A stretch of 64,000 nt of DNA from Promethearchaeota archaeon (lineage in GTDB: Archaea > Asgardarchaeota > Lokiarchaeia > Sigyniarchaeales > SOKP01). The notes below the pieces were generated by a model. The model made no database searches. It was not told where the DNA came from and saw only the letters and a list, made by a program, of their open reading frames with translations. The DNA is taken from positions 32,001 to 96,000 of the forward strand of contig JAHLWS010000073.1 of the NCBI GenBank assembly GCA_019057795.1, written 5' to 3'. This document shows positions 40,026 through 48,842 of the stretch, one piece after another (position 1 is the first letter of the stretch; each line of letters begins with the position of its first letter). A program made the translations under genes and the position numbers.

Positions 40026-40374
40026 CTACTCTCCAGATTCTTCTTCAGCAGCTAATTCTTCCTCTAATTCTTCCAATGGAACGGGTGCCGGTGTTTAACT
40101 TGAATTCTGCGATATGCACGAATCCTGTAAGCATACTGTACCCGATCCATATAGCAATAATTGCTATTAATAATACCATAATCCAGAGTGGTAGAACTGT
40201 GAATAATCTCCAATCGAGCCAATCGATATTAAATATTCGGAAGACAGCGTCCCAATTTGGGTCCCCACCAAGAGTGCCAAACCATAAATCAACGACGCTT
40301 CCCAGAGTATAAACTACCGCGATAAGGATACCAAGGAGCATGACGATTGCGCCAATTATCTTATCTTTTGCCAT
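40026..40374 (-). CDS. DPM2-like 2-TM protein interrupted by a predicted 31-nt BHB intron (40126-40096); spliced product 105 aa
   Basis: Removing 40096-40126 joins ...WIGYSMLT to TPAPVPLEELEEELAAEEESGE* (TAG 40028-40026); the unspliced ORF frameshifts and stops at 40045. Confidence 0.8.
40096..40126 (-). other. Predicted pre-mRNA BHB intron (31 nt)
   Basis: Helix GCTT/AAGT, bulges AC|A and TA|A, intron stem GGATTC/GAATTC plus TGC/GCA. Confidence 0.8.
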
Positions 40375-40707
40375 TATCAATACCTTTGTTTTAAGTTTTT
40401 AGTATATTTTTTCAAGCACATTTACATTGCTTAATATTATTTTTAAAATTATATTAAATTAAAACCATTCGTTAAAGGACGAATTTTTATGGATTACAAA
40501 ATCCTTAATGCCCTTAAAACTGGGCTTTCAGCTGATATTTGGCACCTCAAGCATTTTCGAACTCATAACGAAATTTTTTCTAACATTTATGAACCCAAAC
40601 CACTTTCTGATAGACTTAGAAAAGTACTCTTTAATTGTGATGTTTCATAAATTGATAATATAATGCGAAGAGAGTTCGAAAAATCGCGATTTTAAAGTGG
40701 TAAAATT

Positions 40708-41679
40708 ATGTCAAATAGCAACCAATACGTTCTAATTATTGGTTCGAGTAATATGGATTTAAACATATACTCGCAACGGTTACCGGAACCTGGTGAAACT
40801 GTAACTGGGGGCACATTTAAGCAATTCCTGGGAGGAAAAGGTGCGAATCAAGCGGTAGCTTCTGTGAGATCGGGGGCTAATACTATTTTTATTGGTAAAG
40901 TCGGCATAGATTCGTACGGAGACCAAATGATTTCTCAATTAAACAATGAAGGCGTGGACATAGAACATATTATAAGGGATCCTTACGAATCGAGCGGAAT
41001 CGCTTTTATAATGATAGACGAAAACGGAGAGAACGTGATTAGTGTAGCTCCTGGGGCAAATTTCAATTTAACGCCAGAAGACATTCGAATTAATTCCGAA
41101 GTCATTAAAGACGCTAACGCTTTGATCGTTCAGATGGAAATTCCCATTGATTCAATTGAAGAAATTTTTAAAATAGCAGTTCAAGGGAAGGCTGTAAAAA
41201 TTCTTAATCCTGCGCCGTTAAAACCTATAAGTTTATCAATTTTGAGAAATATTGATGTAATAATCCCCAACGAGGGAGAACTACTACGTTTACATTCGCT
41301 TCTAAATCTTAAAGAGTTAGTTGGCAAATCTAAAGGTAAAATTATTCAAGCTTCAAAAGATATTTCAAAATTAGGAGTTAAAACAATCGTAACTACATTA
41401 GGTAGTAAAGGATGTATGGTATATAGCGCTATAGAAGATAAAATTACTGAAATACCCGCTTTTAAGGTTAAACCCGTTGATACAGTAGGCGCTGGAGATT
41501 GCTTCAACGGAGTTTTAGCAAGCAAGTTAAATCAAGGGGAAGATTTAATCACTTCGGTAAAGTATGCAACAGTTGCTGCCTCAATAGCAGTAACGAGGAA
41601 AGGAGCGCAAGAATCAATGCCATTTATTGATGAAATTGAAGCACGCTTCAAAAAATATATAGATATTTATGTGATATAG
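40708..41679 (+). CDS. rbsK: Ribokinase (PfkB family)
   Basis: GSSNMD, GGKGANQAVA, NPAP, PNEGE and DTVGAGDCFNG motifs. Confidence 0.92.
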   Translation: MSNSNQYVLIIGSSNMDLNIYSQRLPEPGETVTGGTFKQFLGGKGANQAVASVRSGANTIFIGKVGIDSYGDQMISQLNNEGVDIEHIIRDPYESSGIAFIMIDENGENVISVAPGANFNLTPEDIRINSEVIKDANALIVQMEIPIDSIEEIFKIAVQGKAVKILNPAPLKPISLSILRNIDVIIPNEGELLRLHSLLNLKELVGKSKGKIIQASKDISKLGVKTIVTTLGSKGCMVYSAIEDKITEIPAFKVKPVDTVGAGDCFNGVLASKLNQGEDLITSVKYATVAASIAVTRKGAQESMPFIDEIEARFKKYIDIYVI

Positions 41680-41699
41680 ACAATGTAGGTGTTAAAAAG

Positions 41700-42374
41700 A
41701 TGTTAGAAGAGATAATTCAACCTGAGAAAGGCACAAATCTTAGAAAAAATGGGCAAGAAGAACTAACAATTTTGATAGATTCAAATGCTCTAAAAAAAAT
41801 ATTTCTTATAAATGGAACCATATTTTTCACTCAAAATTTAAACACATCTAATCTAGTTGTTAAACCAAACGATTATTACATGATAATTAATAAAGGAGAT
41901 GAGGAAATTAATGTAAAATATAGTATCGATATTTCTAGTCATATGGTAATTTATGAACCTTATCTGTACGAATCGTCTAAAAAAGAAATTTTTAATCTAA
42001 TTCGGTTTAGCAAGAAATATAGCGTTCCAGATGGATACATCGACACTTTAGCTAAGTGGTACAGTATTAAATTCACATATCCTAATTATAATTTAATATT
42101 TATTAAACCGAAGATAGGAATCTCCATTCAAACTCACAAATTTAGAAGTGAAACATGGAAAGTATTGAAAGGCAAACCAATAATAATTAACGGGAATAAA
42201 GTACATTATTTTGTTGAAAATGGAACAGAGTTTTTAAACGCAAAAATGACTTACCATTCCGTTATAAATCCAAATAACAATCCTGAACAATTTGTTTTAA
42301 TAGAAGAAAAATGGAGCGGTGAATTCGACGAAGAAGATATAATAAGAGCGTTCAACCCCAATAATTATCATTAA
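41700..42374 (+). CDS. Cupin-domain protein (type II mannose-6-phosphate isomerase C-terminal-like)
   Basis: ISIQTHKFRSETW...H...EEDIIR resembles the PMI type II cupin. Confidence 0.55.
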   Translation: MLEEIIQPEKGTNLRKNGQEELTILIDSNALKKIFLINGTIFFTQNLNTSNLVVKPNDYYMIINKGDEEINVKYSIDISSHMVIYEPYLYESSKKEIFNLIRFSKKYSVPDGYIDTLAKWYSIKFTYPNYNLIFIKPKIGISIQTHKFRSETWKVLKGKPIIINGNKVHYFVENGTEFLNAKMTYHSVINPNNNPEQFVLIEEKWSGEFDEEDIIRAFNPNNYH

Positions 42375-42607
42375 TTATTATTCCTGAAAGTAAGAATTTA
42401 CTACTCATTTTAACCGATTATATAAGAGATTTTGAGATGATATAGTTTTCCTTGGAGTTCACATTCCAACCTTTTAAATTTTGTGTTTTTAGTTCCTCTG
42501 TTTTAATAAAATTAAAATTTGATAGATAACTTCTATCATTACACGAAGTAATAAAAGTGTAAAAAAAAACATTATAAATTAAATGGAACAAGTAGATTGG
42601 TGGAAAA

Positions 42608-43141
42608 ATGGCTCCAAATGAAGAACTGAAAGATGGAGAACAGAAAGAAACGAAAACAGAAGATGCTGCAAAAGAATCTTCCAAAGAATCTGAAGAAGTA
42701 AAAGATACCGAAGAATTAGATCTTGCAAAAGAAAGAGATCGTCTTAAATTTCATTACAGAGGTCATACATTAGACGAATTAAAGAGAATGAATATGGACG
42801 CGTTTATTCAATTATTACCAGCACGAGCGCGAAGATCTCTAAAAAGAGGATTACCTCCTAGACAGAAAAAGCTCCTTGAAAGGCTAAGACGAGCATACAG
42901 AGCTAAAAAAAGAGGAAAAGATCTTCTTACGCGAACACATGTGAGAGATATGTTGATTTTTCCTGAGATGGTAGGTTTGAAAATAGGCGTCTATAACGGA
43001 AAACAATATGAAGTTGTTGATGTAAAACCTGAAATGATTGGACATTACTTAGGAGAGTTTTCACTCACTAGAAGGCGCGTTCAACATGGTTCTCCCGGAA
43101 TTGGGGCCACACGTTCAAGTAAATATGTTCCTTTAAAGTAA
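42608..43141 (+). CDS. rps19p: 30S ribosomal protein S19 (uS19) with acidic N-terminal extension
   Basis: [22 protein letters not shown] and [12 protein letters not shown] motifs. Confidence 0.96.
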   Translation: MAPNEELKDGEQKETKTEDAAKESSKESEEVKDTEELDLAKERDRLKFHYRGHTLDELKRMNMDAFIQLLPARARRSLKRGLPPRQKKLLERLRRAYRAKKRGKDLLTRTHVRDMLIFPEMVGLKIGVYNGKQYEVVDVKPEMIGHYLGEFSLTRRRVQHGSPGIGATRSSKYVPLK

Positions 43142-43183
43142 TTTATATGATAATAATATAATAACTAATTGAGATGATATAAA

Positions 43184-43663
43184 ATGCCTAACTGGGGTTA
43201 TTCCTTTAGCGAAGAAAAATACGATGTAGATAGGTTAGCAAAAGCTTCAGGGAGAGATTTACGGATAAAGCCAAAACCCTCAAGAGAAATTTGTGCCGTG
43301 ATAAATGGTATGAAATTGGACCAAGCTAAAGGGTTTCTTGAAAAAGTTATTCAGTTAAAACAATCAGTGCCTTTCAGAAGACATAAAAAAAAACAAGCTC
43401 ATAGAAAAGATTTAAAACAATTCAATTGGTATGCCGGTAGATATCCCCAAAAAGCGGCCGCAAGAATCTATGAACTTCTCACTTCCGTCGAATCCAACGC
43501 AGAATATAAAGGCTTAGACGTCGATCAATGCAGGATTATTCACGCTGCTACGCATAGGGGTCGAATCATAAAGCGCTACATTGAACGCGCTCACGGTCGA
43601 TCGACCGCAAAATTTAGGCATTTAAGTCATGTAGAAATTGTAATTTACGAATTTCCAAGTTAA
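43184..43663 (+). CDS. rpl22p: 50S ribosomal protein L22 (uL22)
   Basis: GRYPQKAA, NAEYKGLD and RAHGR motifs. Confidence 0.96.
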   Translation: MPNWGYSFSEEKYDVDRLAKASGRDLRIKPKPSREICAVINGMKLDQAKGFLEKVIQLKQSVPFRRHKKKQAHRKDLKQFNWYAGRYPQKAAARIYELLTSVESNAEYKGLDVDQCRIIHAATHRGRIIKRYIERAHGRSTAKFRHLSHVEIVIYEFPS

Positions 43664-43703
43664 TAAAAATAAATTAATAAAAAAAAGTTAAATATTAAAG
43701 ATA

Positions 43704-44516
43704 ATGACTCCTTTGGCAAAACATTTCATTGAACAGGGCATCAAGTTGATGCAAATTAACGAATTCTTGCGCTCAGAGTTTGTTAGAGCTGGATTTGCAG
43801 GTATTGACATGCAACAGACACCACTCGGCGTTAGAATCACTCTAAAGACCTCCCGTCCAGGCCTCGTCATTGGAAAGGGCGGCAAACGTATTCAAGAGAT
43901 TACGGATATCTTACAAGAAAAATTTGACCTGGAATTACCCCAGATAGAGGTAGAAGAGGTTTCTAACCCCGATTTAAACGCCCAAATTATGGCTGAGAGG
44001 CTAGCGTATAGTCTCGATAGAGGAAGGCATTATAGAAGGGCAGGTTATTACATATTACGTAAAATTATGGATTCTGGCGCAAGGGGTACAGAGATTATAG
44101 TTTCGGGTAAGGTCACTTCACAACGCGCCAGGACAACTGTGTTTAGAGCGGGTACAATGAAAAAATCGGGCCAACCTGCTCAAGTAGGTGTGGACAAAGG
44201 AGTAGCTCAATGCGTTCAGAAGAGTGGAACTCTTGGGATCATAGTAAAAATTATGCAAGCGGACATAAGAATGGGAGACACAGTTAAAATTAATAATGAA
44301 GCACTAGCAACAGTGCAAGCAAAAAAGGCAGCAGAATTAGCCAAAACGAGAGCAGAGAAAGATTACGAAATTAGCGTAGAAGAAGGAGAACTCACCGAAG
44401 TAGAAAAAGAATTATTCGAAGAAGTAGAAGAAGAAGAAATTTCTGAAATTTCGCTGAAGCCAGAAAAAGAAGACGAAGAAAAAGATAATGAAAAGGAAAC
44501 AAAAGGAAAAAAGTAA
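43704..44516 (+). CDS. rps3p: 30S ribosomal protein S3 (uS3) with acidic C-terminal tail
   Basis: RPGLVIGKGGKRI KH motif; GARGTEIIVSGK. Confidence 0.96.
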   Translation: MTPLAKHFIEQGIKLMQINEFLRSEFVRAGFAGIDMQQTPLGVRITLKTSRPGLVIGKGGKRIQEITDILQEKFDLELPQIEVEEVSNPDLNAQIMAERLAYSLDRGRHYRRAGYYILRKIMDSGARGTEIIVSGKVTSQRARTTVFRAGTMKKSGQPAQVGVDKGVAQCVQKSGTLGIIVKIMQADIRMGDTVKINNEALATVQAKKAAELAKTRAEKDYEISVEEGELTEVEKELFEEVEEEEISEISLKPEKEDEEKDNEKETKGKK

Positions 44517-44531
44517 AAAAGAGTGTAAAAG

Positions 44532-44741
44532 ATGGATATTATTACCGCGGCAAAAGTCCGAGAAATGGACGAACGAGAAAGGGAGCGAACCCTATTAACG
44601 TTAAGAGAAGAATTAATGATGTTATACAGCCAACAAACGGGTGGTGGTATTGCTGATAATCCCGCAAAGGCAAAACTTTTAAGGAAACAAATTGCAAGAG
44701 TTCTTACAGTAAAAAATGAAATGAAAACGTTGAATGTATAA
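44532..44741 (+). CDS. rpl29p: 50S ribosomal protein L29 (uL29)
   Basis: NPAK...RKQIARVLT motif; operon position. Confidence 0.93.
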   Translation: MDIITAAKVREMDERERERTLLTLREELMMLYSQQTGGGIADNPAKAKLLRKQIARVLTVKNEMKTLNV

Positions 44742-45034
44742 TGATAAGTCCAAAATATTTGATTTACCACGATTTAATTGGCTTTAAGGCGTACGCTAAA
44801 CTTAAATCAAAATCAAATAGTACCACATTTTCGGATATTGGTATGATAATTGACGATACACGAAATATGTTAATATCTGAAAAAAATAATACAATAAAAA
44901 AGTATATCAAAAAAGATTATATTTTTAGATTCAAACTTGAAGAAGGAACGTTAGAATTAAATGGATCTAAAATTGTTGGCGTTCCTGAAAACAGATTAAG
45001 AAGTTTAAAAAAAAAGAAGTGGTTGAGAAAATAA
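44741..45034 (+). CDS. rnp1: RNase P protein subunit Rpp29/POP4
   Basis: HDLIG, GMIIDDTRNML and PENRL motifs; conserved position between L29 and S17. Confidence 0.88.
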   Translation: MISPKYLIYHDLIGFKAYAKLKSKSNSTTFSDIGMIIDDTRNMLISEKNNTIKKYIKKDYIFRFKLEEGTLELNGSKIVGVPENRLRSLKKKKWLRK

Positions 45035-45035
45035 A

Positions 45036-45386
45036 ATGAGCGTTCGAAATATCGGTATTCCCGGAGTAAATCCTCCAAAAGCGCGTGAATGTAGCGATAA
45101 GGATTGTCCTTTTCACGGAAATACACGAATAAGAGGTAAGATTACTCAAGGAGTAGTAGTTAATAAAAAATCAAAAAACACTGTAATTGTTAGACAAGAT
45201 TATGTTCAATTTGTTAAGAAGTATCAACGATATGAAAGGCGTAATTCGCGTCTTGCATGTCATTTACCCGAATGTTTGACTCCCGAAATTCAAGTAGGAG
45301 ATTTAGTGCGTGTAGGAGAAAGCAGAAAACTCTCAAAGACGAAAGCATTCATAGTATTAGATAAAATAAAGAGTGGGGCGATGTAG
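45036..45386 (+). CDS. rps17p: 30S ribosomal protein S17 (uS17)
   Basis: CPFHG, KYQRYERR and GESRKLSKTK motifs. Confidence 0.96.
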   Translation: MSVRNIGIPGVNPPKARECSDKDCPFHGNTRIRGKITQGVVVNKKSKNTVIVRQDYVQFVKKYQRYERRNSRLACHLPECLTPEIQVGDLVRVGESRKLSKTKAFIVLDKIKSGAM

Positions 45387-45812
45387 ATGGGAACTAGAAG
45401 AAAAATGGGAAGAAAAACGCAGATGAAAGCAAGAACTAGTTACGGTGTACAAAATGGTACAAAAATTTTTATTACTGATAATTCTGGTGCAAAGATTGCA
45501 CAAATAATTAACGTCGACCATGCAAAAACCCGTTTAAGAAGGTTGCCAAAAGCTTCTGTAGGGTCAGTTTGCACAGTAACCGTTAAAAAAGGTCGCCCTG
45601 ACTTACGCGGAACTATATTGAAAGCTGTAATCGTTAGACAAAAGATGATATATAGGCGAGTAGACGGCACAAGATTATCTTTTGAAGATAATGCAGGCGT
45701 TTTAATAACCAAGGAAGGCGATCCTAAAGGTACAGAAATTCGAGGTCCAATTGCGAGGGAAGCTGCTGAATTATTTCCACGTTTAGCATCCATTTCTTCA
45801 TTAATTATTTAA
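45387..45812 (+). CDS. rpl14p: 50S ribosomal protein L14 (uL14)
   Basis: DNSGAK, FEDNA and KGTEIRGPIARE motifs. Confidence 0.96.
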   Translation: MGTRRKMGRKTQMKARTSYGVQNGTKIFITDNSGAKIAQIINVDHAKTRLRRLPKASVGSVCTVTVKKGRPDLRGTILKAVIVRQKMIYRRVDGTRLSFEDNAGVLITKEGDPKGTEIRGPIAREAAELFPRLASISSLII

Positions 45813-45837
45813 TTAAGATCATAAGGTTAAAAAAAGT

Positions 45838-46269
45838 ATGAAAGCAAAATCAAAACAGCCTAAAAAGCAGCGGAAAGCATTATTTAATTATAAGAATCAT
45901 CAAAGGTCAAAACTATTATCAACAAGAATTGCTGATTTTTTAAGAGAGGAGTATGGGATTAGAACACTTCCCCTTAGAGTTGGTGATGGGGTTAAAATTG
46001 TGAAGGGTGAATTCAAAAATTTTGAGGGAGAAGTTATGGAGATCACGAAAAACCAGAGAACAAAAATTAAGGAAGCAACTTTTGATAAAGCAGATGGAAC
46101 GCAGTTTCATCCAGCTATTCACATATCGAATTTGGTAATAACAAAATTCGCTAAAGAAAAAAAAATGGACCCCTGGCGGGCAAGTATGATTGACAGGAAA
46201 TACATTTTTGGGATAAGGGAAGAAGAGCTAAGAGCTCCAAAAAAACAAAAAGAGGAGGGGGCGAAATAG
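45838..46269 (+). CDS. rpl24p: 50S ribosomal protein L24 (uL24)
   Basis: SKQPKKQRK; KOW motif LRVGDGVKIVKG. Confidence 0.94.
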   Translation: MKAKSKQPKKQRKALFNYKNHQRSKLLSTRIADFLREEYGIRTLPLRVGDGVKIVKGEFKNFEGEVMEITKNQRTKIKEATFDKADGTQFHPAIHISNLVITKFAKEKKMDPWRASMIDRKYIFGIREEELRAPKKQKEEGAK

Positions 46270-47022
46270 ATGACTAGACATGGTGGTTCAAGAGCGTTAA
46301 AAAGACTCAACACGCCTAAATTTCTACAAATAAAAAGAAAGCACGGCAAGTTCTTTATGAAGCCATCACCTGGTCCTCATCCAAGGAGATTCTGCTTGCC
46401 TTTACTCCATATTGTCAGGGATCTTCTGAAGATAGTCGATAACCATAGAGAAGCGAAAAAATTAATAGGACTCGGTAATTTTAAAGTAGATGGAAGGGTA
46501 GTAAAAGATACAACATATCCAGTAGGTTTAATGGATGTGCTAAGTATAGAAAAAATGAACAAAAATTATCGAATTCTGCCAGATTCTCACTATGGATTAA
46601 TACTGCATGAAATAACTGAAGCAGAAAGTACTTTTAAATTATGTCGAATAACCCAAAAAACCACGATAAAGGGAGGACATATTCAATTAAATTTGCACGA
46701 TGGAAAGAACATTCTAATACTAGTTAAAGACCCAAGTAACACTAAAGAGGATATTTACAAAAGAATGGATGTTTTAAAAATTTCCGTTCCTGAGCAAGAA
46801 ATTCTTAAAGTGTTAAAGTTCAAGGAAGGAAATTTAGCAGTAATCATGTCCGGGAAAAATATTGGACAGTTAGGGAAAATTAAAAATATATTAAAGCGTT
46901 TTGGTCCAAAAGCAAGTACGGTTTCCATTCAGCATAACTCAGAGCATACTGAAACCCTTTTAGACTATACATTTATTATAGGAGAGGATCAATCCGAAAT
47001 TAGTTTACCAAAAATAGAATAA
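46270..47022 (+). CDS. rps4e: 30S ribosomal protein S4e
   Basis: LKRL..P, PSPGPH, YPVGLMDV and QLNLHDGKN motifs. Confidence 0.96.
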   Translation: MTRHGGSRALKRLNTPKFLQIKRKHGKFFMKPSPGPHPRRFCLPLLHIVRDLLKIVDNHREAKKLIGLGNFKVDGRVVKDTTYPVGLMDVLSIEKMNKNYRILPDSHYGLILHEITEAESTFKLCRITQKTTIKGGHIQLNLHDGKNILILVKDPSNTKEDIYKRMDVLKISVPEQEILKVLKFKEGNLAVIMSGKNIGQLGKIKNILKRFGPKASTVSIQHNSEHTETLLDYTFIIGEDQSEISLPKIE

Positions 47023-47043
47023 AATAAAGAAGTGAATTCAATT

Positions 47044-47649
47044 ATGTCAGTTATAGCAGCAAAAAAAACTCAGAAAAAATCACGAAAAGAACTAGAAAAA
47101 ATATTTGAAGTGATGTGGACTCATCCAATGAAGAAACCTTACTTAGAAAAAGTGGTTCTAAATATTGGAGTAGGTGTTGGGGGTGAAGAATTAGAAAGAG
47201 CCTTTACGGTATTACAAACGATCTCTGGTAAAACTCCTGTAAAAACTCTTTCTAAGAAAAACGTAAAAGAATTCAACTTGCGGATAGGACGTCCAATTGG
47301 AACGATGGTAACTATACGGAGAAAAGAAGCTGAAAAATTGCTTAAAAGACTATTTGTTGTAAATAACGATAAAATGTTAAGAAAAAGTTTCGATAATTAT
47401 GGTAATTTTGGTTTTGGTATTACTGAACATATCACCATTCCAGGAATCGAATATGATAACCTGATTGGCATCTGGGGTCTTGATGTTGTTGCTCGAATAG
47501 TTAGACCTGGTATGAGAGTTAAGTACAGAAGAAAAGGTCGAGCTAAAGTTCCTAAACACCATTATGTTTCTCGAGCGGAAGCTCAATATTTTTTAGAAAA
47601 AAATTTTGGAATCGAAATAGTAGATAAATTAGAATTAGAATATATGTAA
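47044..47649 (+). CDS. rpl5p: 50S ribosomal protein L5 (uL5)
   Basis: KVVLNIGVG, GNFGFGITEHI and RPGMRV motifs; ATG 47044 preferred over GTG 47032. Confidence 0.95.
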   Translation: MSVIAAKKTQKKSRKELEKIFEVMWTHPMKKPYLEKVVLNIGVGVGGEELERAFTVLQTISGKTPVKTLSKKNVKEFNLRIGRPIGTMVTIRRKEAEKLLKRLFVVNNDKMLRKSFDNYGNFGFGITEHITIPGIEYDNLIGIWGLDVVARIVRPGMRVKYRRKGRAKVPKHHYVSRAEAQYFLEKNFGIEIVDKLELEYM

Positions 47650-47672
47650 AGAAAAAAAAAGTTTTGATAATT

Positions 47673-47819
47673 ATGCCGCAAGGTAAGATAGGTAAGGGTC
47701 AAAGAGAATGTAGACGCTGCCATACACATAGAGGCGTTATAAGAAGGTATGGTTTATATATATGCCGTCGTTGTTTTTATGAAATTGGAAAAGAAATTGG
47801 ATTTTATAGGTACGATTAA
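47673..47819 (+). CDS. rps14p: 30S ribosomal protein S14 (uS14, Zn-binding), absent from the ORF track
   Basis: Manual translation MPQGKIGKGQRECRRCHTHRGVIRRYGLYICRRCFYEIGKEIGFYRYD* (48 aa); lies between L5 and S8. Confidence 0.95.
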   Translation: MPQGKIGKGQRECRRCHTHRGVIRRYGLYICRRCFYEIGKEIGFYRYD

Positions 47820-47827
47820 AATTAGGA

Positions 47828-48226
47828 ATGAGGTGTAAAAAAATAGCAAACACACTTGCCGATATGTGCAACAATCTCAAGAACGCAGAAAGAGCAAGAA
47901 AAAAAGAAGTAATAATTAACCCTGCTTCGAAATTAACACAAAAAGTTCTTCGCATCTTCCAGCAGCACGCATATATCGGAGAATTTGAGAGATATGACGA
48001 TGGAAGGCAAGGCAAGTTTAAAATTGCCCTATTAGGTAAAATAAACCACTGTGCTGGTTTATTGAGGCTTAACTATAAAACTAATCAATACGAATCACTC
48101 GAAAGAAGGTTGCTTCCAGCGCCAGGGTTAGGAATAATTGTATTAACCACTAACCAAGGTATCATGACCATGAAAGAAGCAGAAGAAAAACATATTGGTG
48201 GCATGGCCTTATGTTATATTTATTAA
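47828..48226 (+). CDS. rps8p: 30S ribosomal protein S8 (uS8); true start possibly ATA at 47843
   Basis: NTLAD...KNAE, YIGEFE..DDGRQGK and TTNQGIMT...GG motifs. Confidence 0.95.
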   Translation: MRCKKIANTLADMCNNLKNAERARKKEVIINPASKLTQKVLRIFQQHAYIGEFERYDDGRQGKFKIALLGKINHCAGLLRLNYKTNQYESLERRLLPAPGLGIIVLTTNQGIMTMKEAEEKHIGGMALCYIY

Positions 48227-48248
48227 TATTGAAAGAAGGTAATAGTAA

Positions 48249-48827
48249 ATGGTAAAAATAGCATTTTATAAGGAAGAAATGGAAATTCCGGAAGGAGTGA
48301 AAGTTACCCTTGATGGAAATCATCATATTACTGTTAAAGGTCCAAACGGAAAAATAACAAAAGATTTCTCTCATGTGAGAGGTATAAAGGTCTCAATTGA
48401 AGGGAAAAAAATTATTTTTTCTACAAACTTCCCAAAAAGCGGAACTCTCGCCTTGACTAAGACTATTATCAATTTAATTAAAAATTTAATAATCGGGGTT
48501 CAGACAAATTATAAATATATTTGTAAAGTGTGCTATAGTCATTTTCCATGCACTGTGGAAGTGAAGCCTGAAAAAAAAGAAATTCATGTAGTAAATTTTC
48601 TTGGAGAAAGAGCTCCAAGAGTTACACATTATTTAGATAATGTAGAAGTAAAGGTTGAAGGCGAAGATGTTATTTTGATTGGACCCGATAAAGAAACATT
48701 GGGACAAACAGCAGCAAATATACAAAAATGCTGTAGAATTAGGAAAAAAGATCCAAGAGTTTTTCAAGATGGAGTATACCTCTACAAAAGACAGATTGGA
48801 GAAATAGTTACTTGGGAAATAAAATAA
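48249..48827 (+). CDS. rpl6p: 50S ribosomal protein L6 (uL6)
   Basis: IPEGV, VKGPNG, YSHFP, NFLGE and KDPRVFQDGVY motifs. Confidence 0.96.
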   Translation: MVKIAFYKEEMEIPEGVKVTLDGNHHITVKGPNGKITKDFSHVRGIKVSIEGKKIIFSTNFPKSGTLALTKTIINLIKNLIIGVQTNYKYICKVCYSHFPCTVEVKPEKKEIHVVNFLGERAPRVTHYLDNVEVKVEGEDVILIGPDKETLGQTAANIQKCCRIRKKDPRVFQDGVYLYKRQIGEIVTWEIK

Positions 48828-48842
48828 ATTGAGGTAAAAGCG

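Noticed and set aside
40045-40380. ORF-track 111-aa version ending ...ISC-TGA, read as a C-terminal Cys-Sec selenoprotein
   Set aside because: The tail is better explained as the out-of-frame reading of the acidic exon 2 after a BHB intron; no SECIS-like element was seen downstream.
40488-40649. 53-aa plus-strand ORF (MDYKILNALK...) and a short minus-strand frame with an in-frame TGA
   Set aside because: No recognisable motif or RBS; lies in the divergent promoter region; no support for Sec recoding.
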